Source: Clostridia bacterium (lineage in GTDB: Bacteria > Bacillota > Clostridia > UBA1212). From it: a stretch of DNA of 64,000 nucleotides. The DNA lies in assembly GCA_017444825.1 (NCBI GenBank), contig JAFSVU010000026.1, positions 86,009-150,008 of the forward strand, read 5' to 3'. The position numbers and the translations under genes were made by a program. Positions 20,148 through 29,993 of this stretch are shown piece by piece. Numbering within the stretch: the stretch's first letter is position 1; each line of letters opens with the position of its first letter. A model generated the notes under the pieces. It saw only the letters and a list, made by a program, of their open reading frames with translations, was not told where the DNA came from and did no database searches.

Positions 20148-22016
20148 TCAGCAGCCAACACACACACCCCCTTTGTATCTTGCAACACCGCAGCCGGCAC
20201 ATTTGGTCCTGCAATCGGGAGTAGTCTCAGCGCGAAGAGCCTTTTCGAGTTCTCTTTTCATAAAGGCCTCCGTGACGCCAATGTCAATTATGCTCCAGGG
20301 AAGCGGGGCATCCGGATCGGGAGTTAAAGATCCTTCAAAGCCTATGACGCCAATGCGCTCTTTTTCTTCTTTCCACACATCGTAGCTGAAGAACTCGCTC
20401 CAGCTGTCAAAGCCTCCCGTCCTCTTCCAGACGTTATAAATAAGCTCCGAGGCTCTTCTGTCACCTCTCGCAAGATAGTTTTCAACCACCGAAAGTTCAG
20501 GATCATGCCATGAAAAACCGAATTTGGGGCCGAGAGCATCCTTAATGAGTCTTTGGCGTCTTTTTATCTCCTCGTATGAAATCTGCGGGAACCACTGAAA
20601 AGGCGTGTGAGCCTTGGGTACAAATGTGGAAACAGATACAGTGATCGAAGGGCTTTTCACCTTCTCGCCCCGGTGGCACTCGTAATATACGTCTCTCACT
20701 TTTCTCGCAAGTGCGGGGATAGCAAGGAGATCTTCATCCGTCTCGGTGGGAAGTCCCAGCATAAAGTAAAGCTTAACGCTTGAATGTCCGCTGGAAAAAG
20801 CAAGCTTAGATGATCTGATAAGATCTTCCTCGGTGATCCCTTTGTTTATAACATCCCTTAGTCTCTGAGTTCCGGCCTCAAGAGCAAAAGTTAGACCGCT
20901 TTTTCTAACCTTTGATATCTTTTCCATAAGATCAAGGGAGAAGGAATCGATCCTTAGGCTGGGAAGTGAAATATTCATGTTTCTTTTTTCGGTGTAGTCG
21001 ATGAGGCCATCCGTCAGCTCCTTAAGCCCGGAATAGTCGTCGGTAGCAAGGCTTAAAAGTGATATTTCTTCGTAACCGGTGCACTCGGAAAGAGCCACAG
21101 CAGCGTCGATAAGCTTTCCGGGGCTTCTTTCCCTTGCCGGTCTGTAAATGTATCCCGCCTGGCAGAACCTGCAGCCTCTCACACAGCCTCTGAATATTTC
21201 CAGCATTATCCTGTCGTGGATAGCCTCAAGGTAAGGCACCACCTGGGACTTCATAAGATATGTGTTCTCAAAATCCGGAACCACCCTTCTTAAAACCTTT
21301 TCAGGAGCTATCCCTTTAAACTCATCTTTAACGAATATCCCTGCGAATGATCCGTCACTTTCGTACTTAACGTCATAAAAAGACGGCACATAAACGCCCT
21401 CGATCTTAGCGGCCCTTTTCAGAAACTCGATCCTGGGAAGGCCCTCTTTTTTCCATTTTCTGTAGCAGTCAAGGATCTCAGGGAGCATATCTTCACCGTC
21501 GCCTACGTTAAACAGGTCGAAAAAATCGGCAATGGGCTCGGCATTGACGCAGGCAGGTCCGCCGCCAATAACAAAAGGCATGCCATCGGTCCTGTCTTTG
21601 GCGTAAACAGGAAGACCTGCAAGGTCTATCATATTGATGACATTGGTGTATGAGAGCTCGTACTGGAGCGTAAAACCAATGAAATCAAAATCTTTGATCT
21701 CCTCCTGGGATTCGTGGGCAAAAAGCCTGTAGCCCTTCTCTCTCATGATTTTTTCCAGATCCGGCCAGGGCGCAAAGACCCTCTCACACCAGATCCAGTC
21801 TCTTTCGTTGAGAAGACCGTAAAGGAGCTTCATCCCGAGGTGGGACATGCCGATCTCGTAGGAATCGGCAAAGCAAAAAGCAAATCTGACGTCGACCTTA
21901 GACTTGTCTTTAACAACACTGTTTAGCTCGCCGCCTGTATATCTGGAAGGCTTTTCCACCTTCATAAGTATGCTGTCAGGTATGTAAGACAAAAGACTTA
22001 CCTCCAAAATACTCAA
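20148..22016 (-). CDS. B12-binding-domain radical SAM protein (TIGR03960 family)
   Basis: CX3CX2C radical-SAM motif in FRGCVRGCRFCQAGYIY. There is an N-terminal B12-binding-like region, and the protein is 622 aa. Its ATG overlaps the dnaE stop as ATGA. Confidence 0.8.
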   Translation of the reverse strand: MSILEVSLLSYIPDSILMKVEKPSRYTGGELNSVVKDKSKVDVRFAFCFADSYEIGMSHLGMKLLYGLLNERDWIWCERVFAPWPDLEKIMREKGYRLFAHESQEEIKDFDFIGFTLQYELSYTNVINMIDLAGLPVYAKDRTDGMPFVIGGGPACVNAEPIADFFDLFNVGDGEDMLPEILDCYRKWKKEGLPRIEFLKRAAKIEGVYVPSFYDVKYESDGSFAGIFVKDEFKGIAPEKVLRRVVPDFENTYLMKSQVVPYLEAIHDRIMLEIFRGCVRGCRFCQAGYIYRPARERSPGKLIDAAVALSECTGYEEISLLSLATDDYSGLKELTDGLIDYTEKRNMNISLPSLRIDSFSLDLMEKISKVRKSGLTFALEAGTQRLRDVINKGITEEDLIRSSKLAFSSGHSSVKLYFMLGLPTETDEDLLAIPALARKVRDVYYECHRGEKVKSPSITVSVSTFVPKAHTPFQWFPQISYEEIKRRQRLIKDALGPKFGFSWHDPELSVVENYLARGDRRASELIYNVWKRTGGFDSWSEFFSYDVWKEEKERIGVIGFEGSLTPDPDAPLPWSIIDIGVTEAFMKRELEKALRAETTPDCRTKCAGCGVARYKGGVCVGC

Positions 22017-25000
22017 AATGAATAGTTTTTGATCTCATTTTCCACCAATGCAGATCCGGAGCATCGACCCTTGTAGAGGACCACCTCAGGGGCATATGCG
22101 TCCCGAAGTTCCACCTCTCTTGGCCCGTCAAAGAATCTCAGGAAAGAGATAGCTGCATTAAGCCTCTTCGGATCCACCATTACCGACAATGGCTCACGGG
22201 CCTCACCGCCATCATACCTTTCTCCACCTGATCCTCCTTGTGCGCTATATGCAGGTCTTCCGCTTCCCGGGCTGTAGGAGTCAGGAGCAAAAAGAGCCTC
22301 CGCTATAACCGAAGCCGCCTCCTCATCTCTGAGGCTTATCCTTCCCGCCACGACGGCGAATTTGTCGATCTCGGCAAGGCCTCTTGACTGCTCATAGGTC
22401 TTCGGGAAAAGGATCACCTCAAAGCTGCCGGTAAGATCCTCAAGGGATACAAAGGCCATGGTCTGTCCGTTCTTGGTTATTTTTTTCTTGACGCCGGTAA
22501 CCACGCCAAACATGACCACGTTCTGATTGTCCTTCACCGAATCCGAGTCATCACGAATTTCACCATCGTTTTTATCGTCACCGGATTGCTTCAGCATGGA
22601 TGCGGTGCAGTTTACGAATTTTCTTATGAACTCGGTGTACTGCTGAAGGGGATGCCCGCTGATATAGACACCCGAGACCTCTTTCTCAAATCCCAGAAGC
22701 TCGTTCTTCGGAAGCTCGGGAAGATCCGGGTAGTTATCGTAATCATCGGCGCCGCTGTCCTCCATGAGATCGAAAAATGAGAACTGCCCCTCGGAAACGT
22801 TTTTGGAGGCGGTATTCACTGCGTCCAGCACGACCTCGTAGGATTTTAACAGTATGTTCCTGTTAAGGCCCAGCGAATCGAAAGCTCCGGCTTTGATGAA
22901 TGAATCCACAGCCCGCTTATTGATGTCCATCGACTTCATCCTTTTGGCAAAATCGTAAAAGTTTCTGTAGCGGCCGTTTTCATTACGTTCGTTCACCAGT
23001 GACAGCACCGCATTCTCACCAACGTTCTTAAGAGCCGCAAGGCCGAATCTGATCTTGTCGCCCACCACAGTGAAATAGGTGTAGCTCTCATTGATGTCGG
23101 GGGGAAGCATCTCAATGCCCATTTCCTTGCAGTCGGCGATGTACTCTGACACCTCGTCGCTTTTGGTTATAAGGCTGTTAAGAGTTGCGCACATAAACTC
23201 CACGGGATAGTAGAGCTTGAGATAAGCGGTCTCGTAAGCGACCACGGCGTAACAGGCGGCATGGGCCTTGTTGAATGCATAGCTCGCGAAATCGATCATC
23301 TTGTCGAATATCTTATTGGTTATTTCAGGGGAGATGCCCTTCTTTTCAGCGCCCTCGACAAACAGCGACCGCTCCTTCTGCATCACGTCATGCTTTTTCT
23401 TTGCCATGGCCCTTCTCACCAGGTCTGAGTGACCCATTGTGTAGCCGGCGACGTCGCGAACGATCTGCATGACCTGTTCCTGATAGACTATGCAGCCGTA
23501 AGTGACCTTGAGTATAGGCTCAAGAAGAGGATGATCATATTTTATGTTTTCGGGATGCTTTCTGTTTTCAATGTACGTCGGTATCTGGTCCATGGGACCC
23601 GGTCTGTAAAGAGCGATGCCCGCTATGATCTCCTCAAGGCTTGTAGGCGAGAGGTTCATCATGAAATTGGTCATTCCTCCGCTCTCAAGCTGGAATATGC
23701 CCGCGGTCTTACCGTCTGAGATCTGCTTGTAAACGGCCGGATCGTCCATCTCCATGTTGTCGAAATCCACGGTGACGCCCCGGTTCTCCTTGACAAGTTC
23801 AAGAGCGTCCTGAATGACTGTAAGAGTCCTGAGACCGAGAAAATCTACTTTTAGAAGTCCCAGCGCCTCAAGCTTTGTCATAGGGTACATGGTTATGGCG
23901 GAGTCATTGGAAAGCTGCACCGGAACGTATGTGGTGACGGGGTCCCTGGTGAGGACAACGCCCGCAGCGTGAGTTGATATGTTTTTGGGCATGCCCTCGA
24001 TGCGCATGGCCTTGTCAATAAGATCCTTTGTGACCTTGTCGGAATCGTATTTGGCCTTAAGTTCAGGGCTTTTTTTCAATGAATCCGCAATGGTGATATT
24101 GAGTTCCTTTGGAATAAGCTTTGCCACCGCGTCAACGTCCGCATAAGGTATGTCGAGAACTCTTCCTACGTCACGGATAGCACCGCGAGCCGCCATGGTA
24201 CCGAATGTGATTATCTGGGCCACGCATTCCTTGCCGTATTTTGCCACCACGTAGTCTATAACTTCCTTCCGCCTGGTATCGGAAAAATCAACGTCGAAGT
24301 CAGGCATGCTGATACGCTCGGGATTCAGGAATCTTTCGAATGCGAGGTTGTACTTTAAAGCGTTGATATTGGTTATTTTGAGGCAGTATGCCACAAGGCT
24401 TGCAGCACCGGAGCCTCTTCCGGGGCCAACAGTGATGCCGTGGTCCTTGGCGTATTTAATGAAATCCCAGACGATGAGATAGTAGTCGGGGTACTTCATC
24501 CTGATAATGACCGAAAGCTCGTATTCGAGCCTGTCTTTTATCTCGTCCGAGAGATCATCGCCAAAGCGGTACTTTGCACCCTCGTAGGTAAGCTTTCTTA
24601 AGTAATCCGCGCTGGTCATGCCATCCGGAACCTCGAAATTCGGAAGTATGGACTGTACGCCAAGCTCGAACTTTAGGTTGCACATTTCGGCTATTTTTTC
24701 TGTATTTTCAATAGCTTCTGGGACGCTCTCAAAAAGCTTTGTCATCTCTTCCGGAGACTTTAAGTAGAACTGATCCGATTCGAATTTCAGACGGTCCTCA
24801 TCGGCCAGCTTTTTACCGGTCTGGATGCACAGGAGTATATCCTGGATAACGGCGTCCTCACGGTTTACGAAATGGACGTCATTGGTGGCGACAAGGGGTA
24901 TGCCTGTCTCCCTGGAGATGTTTATGAGTTCACGGTTCACCTCGATCTGCTCTAATATTCCGTTGCTCTGAAGCTCGAGATAATAATTTCCTCTTCCGAA

Positions 25001-25498
25001 AAGATCGTCGAACCAAAGAGCCGTTTTTTTAGCGGCTTCAAGGTCGTGCTCCATTATAAGCCTCGGGATCTCACCCGCAAGGCAGGCGGAACAGCATACA
25101 AGACCTTCATGGTACTGTGAGAGGATCTCCTTATCGATCCTTGGCTTGTAGTAGAACCCGTCAATGAAGGCGAGAGAAACAAGCTTGATTAGGTTCTTAT
25201 AGCCCGTCATGTCCTTGGCAAGAAGTATCAGGTGATAGTTTGCACTTTCACCGGAGCCCCTGGCGGTCCTGTCGAATCTGGAGCCGGGTGCGCAGTATAC
25301 CTCACAGCCGATGATGGGCTTGATGCCCCTGTCCAGACATTTCTGGTAGAAGTCGATGGCGGCATACATCACACCGTGGTCCGTGATGGCAAGAGAATCC
25401 ATCCCCAGCTCTTTGCACCTGTCGATAAGCTGGTCGAGCCTTGACGCTCCGTCAAGAAGACTGTATTCAGTATGTACGTGAAGATGTGTAAAGCTCAT
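22013..25498 (-). CDS. dnaE: DNA polymerase III alpha subunit DnaE
   Basis: PHP N-terminus MSFTHLHVHTEYSLLDGASRLDQLIDRCKELGMDSLAITDHGVMYAAIDFYQ, a polymerase core, and a C-terminal OB fold. 1161 aa. Confidence 0.95.
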   Translation of the reverse strand: MSFTHLHVHTEYSLLDGASRLDQLIDRCKELGMDSLAITDHGVMYAAIDFYQKCLDRGIKPIIGCEVYCAPGSRFDRTARGSGESANYHLILLAKDMTGYKNLIKLVSLAFIDGFYYKPRIDKEILSQYHEGLVCCSACLAGEIPRLIMEHDLEAAKKTALWFDDLFGRGNYYLELQSNGILEQIEVNRELINISRETGIPLVATNDVHFVNREDAVIQDILLCIQTGKKLADEDRLKFESDQFYLKSPEEMTKLFESVPEAIENTEKIAEMCNLKFELGVQSILPNFEVPDGMTSADYLRKLTYEGAKYRFGDDLSDEIKDRLEYELSVIIRMKYPDYYLIVWDFIKYAKDHGITVGPGRGSGAASLVAYCLKITNINALKYNLAFERFLNPERISMPDFDVDFSDTRRKEVIDYVVAKYGKECVAQIITFGTMAARGAIRDVGRVLDIPYADVDAVAKLIPKELNITIADSLKKSPELKAKYDSDKVTKDLIDKAMRIEGMPKNISTHAAGVVLTRDPVTTYVPVQLSNDSAITMYPMTKLEALGLLKVDFLGLRTLTVIQDALELVKENRGVTVDFDNMEMDDPAVYKQISDGKTAGIFQLESGGMTNFMMNLSPTSLEEIIAGIALYRPGPMDQIPTYIENRKHPENIKYDHPLLEPILKVTYGCIVYQEQVMQIVRDVAGYTMGHSDLVRRAMAKKKHDVMQKERSLFVEGAEKKGISPEITNKIFDKMIDFASYAFNKAHAACYAVVAYETAYLKLYYPVEFMCATLNSLITKSDEVSEYIADCKEMGIEMLPPDINESYTYFTVVGDKIRFGLAALKNVGENAVLSLVNERNENGRYRNFYDFAKRMKSMDINKRAVDSFIKAGAFDSLGLNRNILLKSYEVVLDAVNTASKNVSEGQFSFFDLMEDSGADDYDNYPDLPELPKNELLGFEKEVSGVYISGHPLQQYTEFIRKFVNCTASMLKQSGDDKNDGEIRDDSDSVKDNQNVVMFGVVTGVKKKITKNGQTMAFVSLEDLTGSFEVILFPKTYEQSRGLAEIDKFAVVAGRISLRDEEAASVIAEALFAPDSYSPGSGRPAYSAQGGSGGERYDGGEAREPLSVMVDPKRLNAAISFLRFFDGPREVELRDAYAPEVVLYKGRCSGSALVENEIKNYSF

Positions 25499-25531
25499 GC
25501 CGCCGCTCCTTCCCGGGGTAATGTCTCAAAT

Positions 25532-27286
25532 TCAGCCAATGATCGAAGCGACCTTTGCTTTAAGAAGTTTTTTAAGCTCTTCAGCCTTTTCGACGCAGGC
25601 CTTTTCGGATTCAAAGCTGCTGATGCCGACGTATATCTTGACCTTGGGCTCAGTACCGGAAGGTCTCACCGCAAACCATCCGTCGTCAAGGTAGAACTTG
25701 AGCACGTCGGATCTCGGAAGGTCTATCTTTGAGCTGCCTGCATTGGCGCCGTTCTTATCATAAAAAGTCTTTATACCGGTTTTGATATCGTCGATGGCGT
25801 TGATCCGCCCTTCCAGTACGGCAGGGCCCGCGTCTCTTAAACCGTTCATAAGTTTAACGATATTTTCGTGACCGGATTCACCGGGAAGCTCAATGGATAA
25901 AGCGGATTCGGACCTGAAGCCGTAAGTCTTATGAATGGCGTCAAGGGCGTCCTTAAGGCTTCTCTTTAAGACCACCTTGTTGTAAAGAGCCATCTCGCAA
26001 AGCACCACTCCCGCAGCGACCCCGTCTTTGTCCCGAGCATAACCTTCCGTGAGGAATCCGTAGCTTTCCTCAAAGCCGAGTATGAAGCTGTCCTTATTTG
26101 CCTCATTGATAAGATCGCCAATGAACTTGAACCCGGTGAGAACGGTCTTGAATTCAACGCCGTTTGCCTCCGCGATCCTGCCCGCAAGGTCTGTTGAGAC
26201 GATGGTCGAGACAGCGAACGCGTCCTTCGGCAGACAACCGTTTCTCTTCCTCACGCCAATGATATAGTCCATAAACAGGCATCCTATCTCGTTTCCGGTG
26301 AGACTTCTGTAGCTTCCGTCGCCAAGCCTTACAGCCGCGCCCATCCTGTCGGAGTCCGGGTCTGTACCGAATACTATATCCGCCTTGAGTTTTTTGGCAA
26401 GCTTGATCCCTTTCTCAAGGGCAGCGGGATTTTCGGGGTTTGGCACCGTAAGACCGGGGAAATTACCGTCGGCTCTCGACTGGGACCTGACCATATGGAA
26501 GTTCTTAAAGCCCAGCTTTTTGATCGCCCTACCCATATATTTTGCACCTGCGCCAAACAGTGGAGTGTAGACGATGCAGATCTCACCTGAGTGATCTCTG
26601 ATAAGATCGTTGTCGGCTTTCAGTGCCGTCACCCTGTTTGTAAATTTTTCGATCTGGTCATCCTCAAAAAAGCTGAGAAATCCTCTTCTGATTTCTTTTG
26701 AGAATGAAGGATCGGGTATTTTTGAAAAGTCGAAAAAGCTGTCGATTATTTTCGTTATCTCATCCGCCATTGCAGGGGCGATCTGAACACCGCCCTCCCA
26801 GTAGACCTTGTATCCGTTATACTGCTTTGGATTGTGGCTTGCGGTTATCATGATGCCTGCCTGGAAATCACCCTCCCAGACTGTATATGAAAGAACAGGC
26901 ACCGGAGCCGGAGCCCTGAATATTTTTGTCTTGATGCCGTTTGAAGCAAATACGGCGGCGGCTTCTTTGGCGAAGACCTCAGAATTAAGCCTCGTATCAT
27001 ATGAAACCGCTATACCACGGGACATGGCTTTATCGCCGAATGATTTGATATACTGAGAGATGGCATAGCTTACACGTCTAACGACGTAAATGTTCATACG
27101 GTTGGTGCCGGCGCCCATGACCCCGCGAAGGCCTGCGGTTCCAAACTCCAGATCTCTGTAAAATCTGTCATAGATCTCATCCTTGTCCTTGATGTTCTTA
27201 AGCTCAAGCCTTGTTTCCTCATCAAAGTATCCGTCTGATATCCACTCATTGAAACGTTTCTCCACAAGTTTCTGCTTATTGTCCAA
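25532..27286 (-). CDS. pgcA: Phospho-sugar mutase (alpha-phosphoglucomutase PgcA-like)
   Basis: GTAGLRGVMGAGTNRMN, active-site TASHNPKQYNGYKV, and the metal loop FGTDPDSDRMG. 584 aa. Confidence 0.8.
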   Translation of the reverse strand: MDNKQKLVEKRFNEWISDGYFDEETRLELKNIKDKDEIYDRFYRDLEFGTAGLRGVMGAGTNRMNIYVVRRVSYAISQYIKSFGDKAMSRGIAVSYDTRLNSEVFAKEAAAVFASNGIKTKIFRAPAPVPVLSYTVWEGDFQAGIMITASHNPKQYNGYKVYWEGGVQIAPAMADEITKIIDSFFDFSKIPDPSFSKEIRRGFLSFFEDDQIEKFTNRVTALKADNDLIRDHSGEICIVYTPLFGAGAKYMGRAIKKLGFKNFHMVRSQSRADGNFPGLTVPNPENPAALEKGIKLAKKLKADIVFGTDPDSDRMGAAVRLGDGSYRSLTGNEIGCLFMDYIIGVRKRNGCLPKDAFAVSTIVSTDLAGRIAEANGVEFKTVLTGFKFIGDLINEANKDSFILGFEESYGFLTEGYARDKDGVAAGVVLCEMALYNKVVLKRSLKDALDAIHKTYGFRSESALSIELPGESGHENIVKLMNGLRDAGPAVLEGRINAIDDIKTGIKTFYDKNGANAGSSKIDLPRSDVLKFYLDDGWFAVRPSGTEPKVKIYVGISSFESEKACVEKAEELKKLLKAKVASIIG

Positions 27287-27287
27287 C

Positions 27288-28682
27288 TTATATGCCCTCC
27301 CTGTATAATTGTAATGCCTTATCGATTAAAACGTCTTTTTCGTTTTCGATATCAAATTCAGAAGCCATGACCGCAAGCCTTGAAAGGATCCTCCCCATTG
27401 TTTCACCCTTCGGAATTCCGGCGGCTTTTAGGTCCCTGCCTGAGACCGCGAGGGAGGAAGGTCCGGTCACAGCTTTACCGGATATAACTATATCTTCTAT
27501 CTCATCTTTAAGCTTATGAAGCGATGACTCCAGCAGAGCTATATAGTCCCCTTTTTTTCCGTGAACGTCGGCGCTCATGACCTCAGGTAGCATTGAAGCG
27601 TGTTCTGTTCCCGCAAGCCTTATAAGTTTGCCGGCGGCCTTTCTGTAGTATCCTGAAGTAACCAACGGATCCCTGAAAAACTCATGGTATCTCACAAGAT
27701 CCGTCACGTCCGCAATAAATCTTTTAGGATAGCGAAGGCGGTTTAAAACAGTCTCCGCAATACAGGCGCTGATATCCGCATGCCCCGTAAAATGAGTATT
27801 CCCTTTACTGTCAAATCTCAGGCAGTCCGGCTTTCCTATATCATGCAGAAGAAGAGTCATCCGAAGCAGAAGATCCGATCTCGTTGAAAGCATTGCCGCA
27901 ACCGTGTGAGTATAGACGTCGTAGCAGTGAAACTGATTTATCTGAGGCACGTCCACACATTTCTTAAGTTCCGGTATGATCTCAAATATCACATCTCTCG
28001 TGTCGCCGAGAAATATATCTCTCATCCGGTCGATGTTTTCCGAAACAAGAAGCTTTGAAAGCTCGGCATTAATGCGCTCGGCAGAAACAAATCGAAGGTC
28101 TCCGCATCTTTGAATCGCAGCGGCTTTAGTGTCAGGATCTATATCAAAACCAAGCTTTGCCGAAAACCTGAGAGCACGCATGATCCTAAGAGCATCTTCT
28201 TTGAACCTTTGCTCAGGATCTCCCACGCACCTTATGATCTTCTTATCAATATCGCCAATGCCGCCTGTAACGTCAATAAGCCCCTTGGAAGGAGAATATG
28301 CCAGCGCATTTACGGTAAAATCACGCCTCAAAAGGTCCCTGGAAAGGTCATCCGTGAAAGTGACTTTATCCGGTCTTCTGTGGTCGAGGTAATCCCCGTC
28401 CAGCCTGAACGTGGTTATCTCGATCTGGTGACCGTCGATCAGGACTGTCACCGTCCCGTGGGCAATGCCCGTAGGTATTGTCTTAAAACCCTCAAAGACC
28501 TTAATAGTCTCTTCCACCCTGGCGGAAGTGGTAATATCAAAATCAAAGGGCAAAGCGCCGATAAGAATGTCTCTTACAGCGCCGCCAACCACATATGCCT
28601 CATATCCCCTCGACTCAAGAAGGTCGATCGCGAGGAGCACATGTTCCGGTATTTGATTTATGATATCACCCGGTATACGCAT
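27288..28682 (-). CDS. cca: CCA tRNA nucleotidyltransferase (Pol-beta NTase head plus HD domain)
   Basis: GYEAYVVGGAVRDILIG...DFDITT and RRDFTVNALAY (class II NTase), then an HD domain (LLLHDIGKP). Confidence 0.85.
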   Translation of the reverse strand: MRIPGDIINQIPEHVLLAIDLLESRGYEAYVVGGAVRDILIGALPFDFDITTSARVEETIKVFEGFKTIPTGIAHGTVTVLIDGHQIEITTFRLDGDYLDHRRPDKVTFTDDLSRDLLRRDFTVNALAYSPSKGLIDVTGGIGDIDKKIIRCVGDPEQRFKEDALRIMRALRFSAKLGFDIDPDTKAAAIQRCGDLRFVSAERINAELSKLLVSENIDRMRDIFLGDTRDVIFEIIPELKKCVDVPQINQFHCYDVYTHTVAAMLSTRSDLLLRMTLLLHDIGKPDCLRFDSKGNTHFTGHADISACIAETVLNRLRYPKRFIADVTDLVRYHEFFRDPLVTSGYYRKAAGKLIRLAGTEHASMLPEVMSADVHGKKGDYIALLESSLHKLKDEIEDIVISGKAVTGPSSLAVSGRDLKAAGIPKGETMGRILSRLAVMASEFDIENEKDVLIDKALQLYREGI

Positions 28683-28712
28683 AACTGTTAATAAGTTGTG
28701 TTAAAGCTAAAC

Positions 28713-29993
28713 TCAAATATTCGCAAGAGCCTGATCAATGTCAGCAATAATATCCTCGGGATCTTCGATGCCCACGGAAAAGCGGATAAGGTCCGGAGTG
28801 ACACCGCAGTCCTTAAGCTGCTCGTCGGTAAGCTGTCTGTGAGTGGTGCTTGCGGGGTGGAGAAGCGAAGTTCTGGCATCCGCCACATGGGTCACTACAG
28901 CGGCAAGTTTAACCGAATCCATAAATTTAGTGGCTGCTTCTCGACCGCCCTTTATACCGAAGGATATAACGCCTGAAGAGCCGTTTGGCAGGTACTTTTT
29001 GCAAAGAGCGTTGTTGGGATTGTCCGGAAGATCAGGATAGTTTATCCAGGAAATCTTCGCATCGGGCCCCTGCATTCTTGTCACCAGGTAGTCAGCCACC
29101 TTTTTTGCATTTTCGCAGTGTCTTTTCATTCTTAGCGCCAATGTCTCCATGCCGAGGTTGAGAAGGAAGGCGTTCATCGGCGCAGGCGCGGAGCCGAGGT
29201 CTCTCATAAGATGTGCTCTTGCTTTTACAATGAAAGCTGCCTTTCCGAAAGTCTCGGTGTAAGTGACGCCGTGATATGACTCGTCAGGCTCGGTGAGCAT
29301 GGGGTAATTACCTTTGGTCCAATCAAAATTTCCGGAGTCAATGATGGCGCCGCCGAGAGCCACAGCATGTCCGTCCAGATATTTTGAAGTGGAATGGACG
29401 ACGATATCCGCGCCGAACTCAATCGGTCTGCAGTTTATGGGCGTGGGGAACGTATTGTCCACAATGAGAGGAACGTTGTGGCTGTGGGCCGCCTTGGCGA
29501 ATTCTTCGATATCAAGAATATCGAGGGACGGATTGGAAAGCGTCTCGCCGAAGACCAGTTTTGTATTCTTTCTGAAATACTGCTCGATCTCGGAAGCCTT
29601 TGAAGTGCAGGGAATGAAAGTGGTTTCAATACCCATCTCTTTCAAAGTCTTGAAGAACAGATTATAAGTTCCGCCGTAAATGGATGAGGAGGAAATAATG
29701 TGATCTCCCGCGGAAGCGATATTGAGTATTGATATCAGAGAAGCCGCCTGACCGGATGACGTCAGCATGCATCCTACTCCGCCCTCAAGAGCCGCAAGCT
29801 TTTTCTCAGGTGCGTCAGCTGTGGGGTTTGCAAGCCTGGTATAAAAGAAGCCGTCTTTTTTAAGGTCGAAAAGGTCGCCCATTTCGGCCGAGGAATCGTA
29901 TTTAAAAGTGGTGCTCTGATAAATAGGAAGCACACGCGGTTCACCGTTCTTCGGGGAATAACCCTCTTGTACACAAATAGTATCTCTTTTCAT
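28713..29993 (-). CDS. metY: O-acetylhomoserine sulfhydrylase (PLP-dependent; MetY)
   Basis: MKRDTICVQEGYSPKNGEPRVLPIYQSTTFKYDSSAEMGDLFD..., with the PLP lysine block VVHSTSKYLDGH. 426 aa. Confidence 0.85.
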   Translation of the reverse strand: MKRDTICVQEGYSPKNGEPRVLPIYQSTTFKYDSSAEMGDLFDLKKDGFFYTRLANPTADAPEKKLAALEGGVGCMLTSSGQAASLISILNIASAGDHIISSSSIYGGTYNLFFKTLKEMGIETTFIPCTSKASEIEQYFRKNTKLVFGETLSNPSLDILDIEEFAKAAHSHNVPLIVDNTFPTPINCRPIEFGADIVVHSTSKYLDGHAVALGGAIIDSGNFDWTKGNYPMLTEPDESYHGVTYTETFGKAAFIVKARAHLMRDLGSAPAPMNAFLLNLGMETLALRMKRHCENAKKVADYLVTRMQGPDAKISWINYPDLPDNPNNALCKKYLPNGSSGVISFGIKGGREAATKFMDSVKLAAVVTHVADARTSLLHPASTTHRQLTDEQLKDCGVTPDLIRFSVGIEDPEDIIADIDQALANI

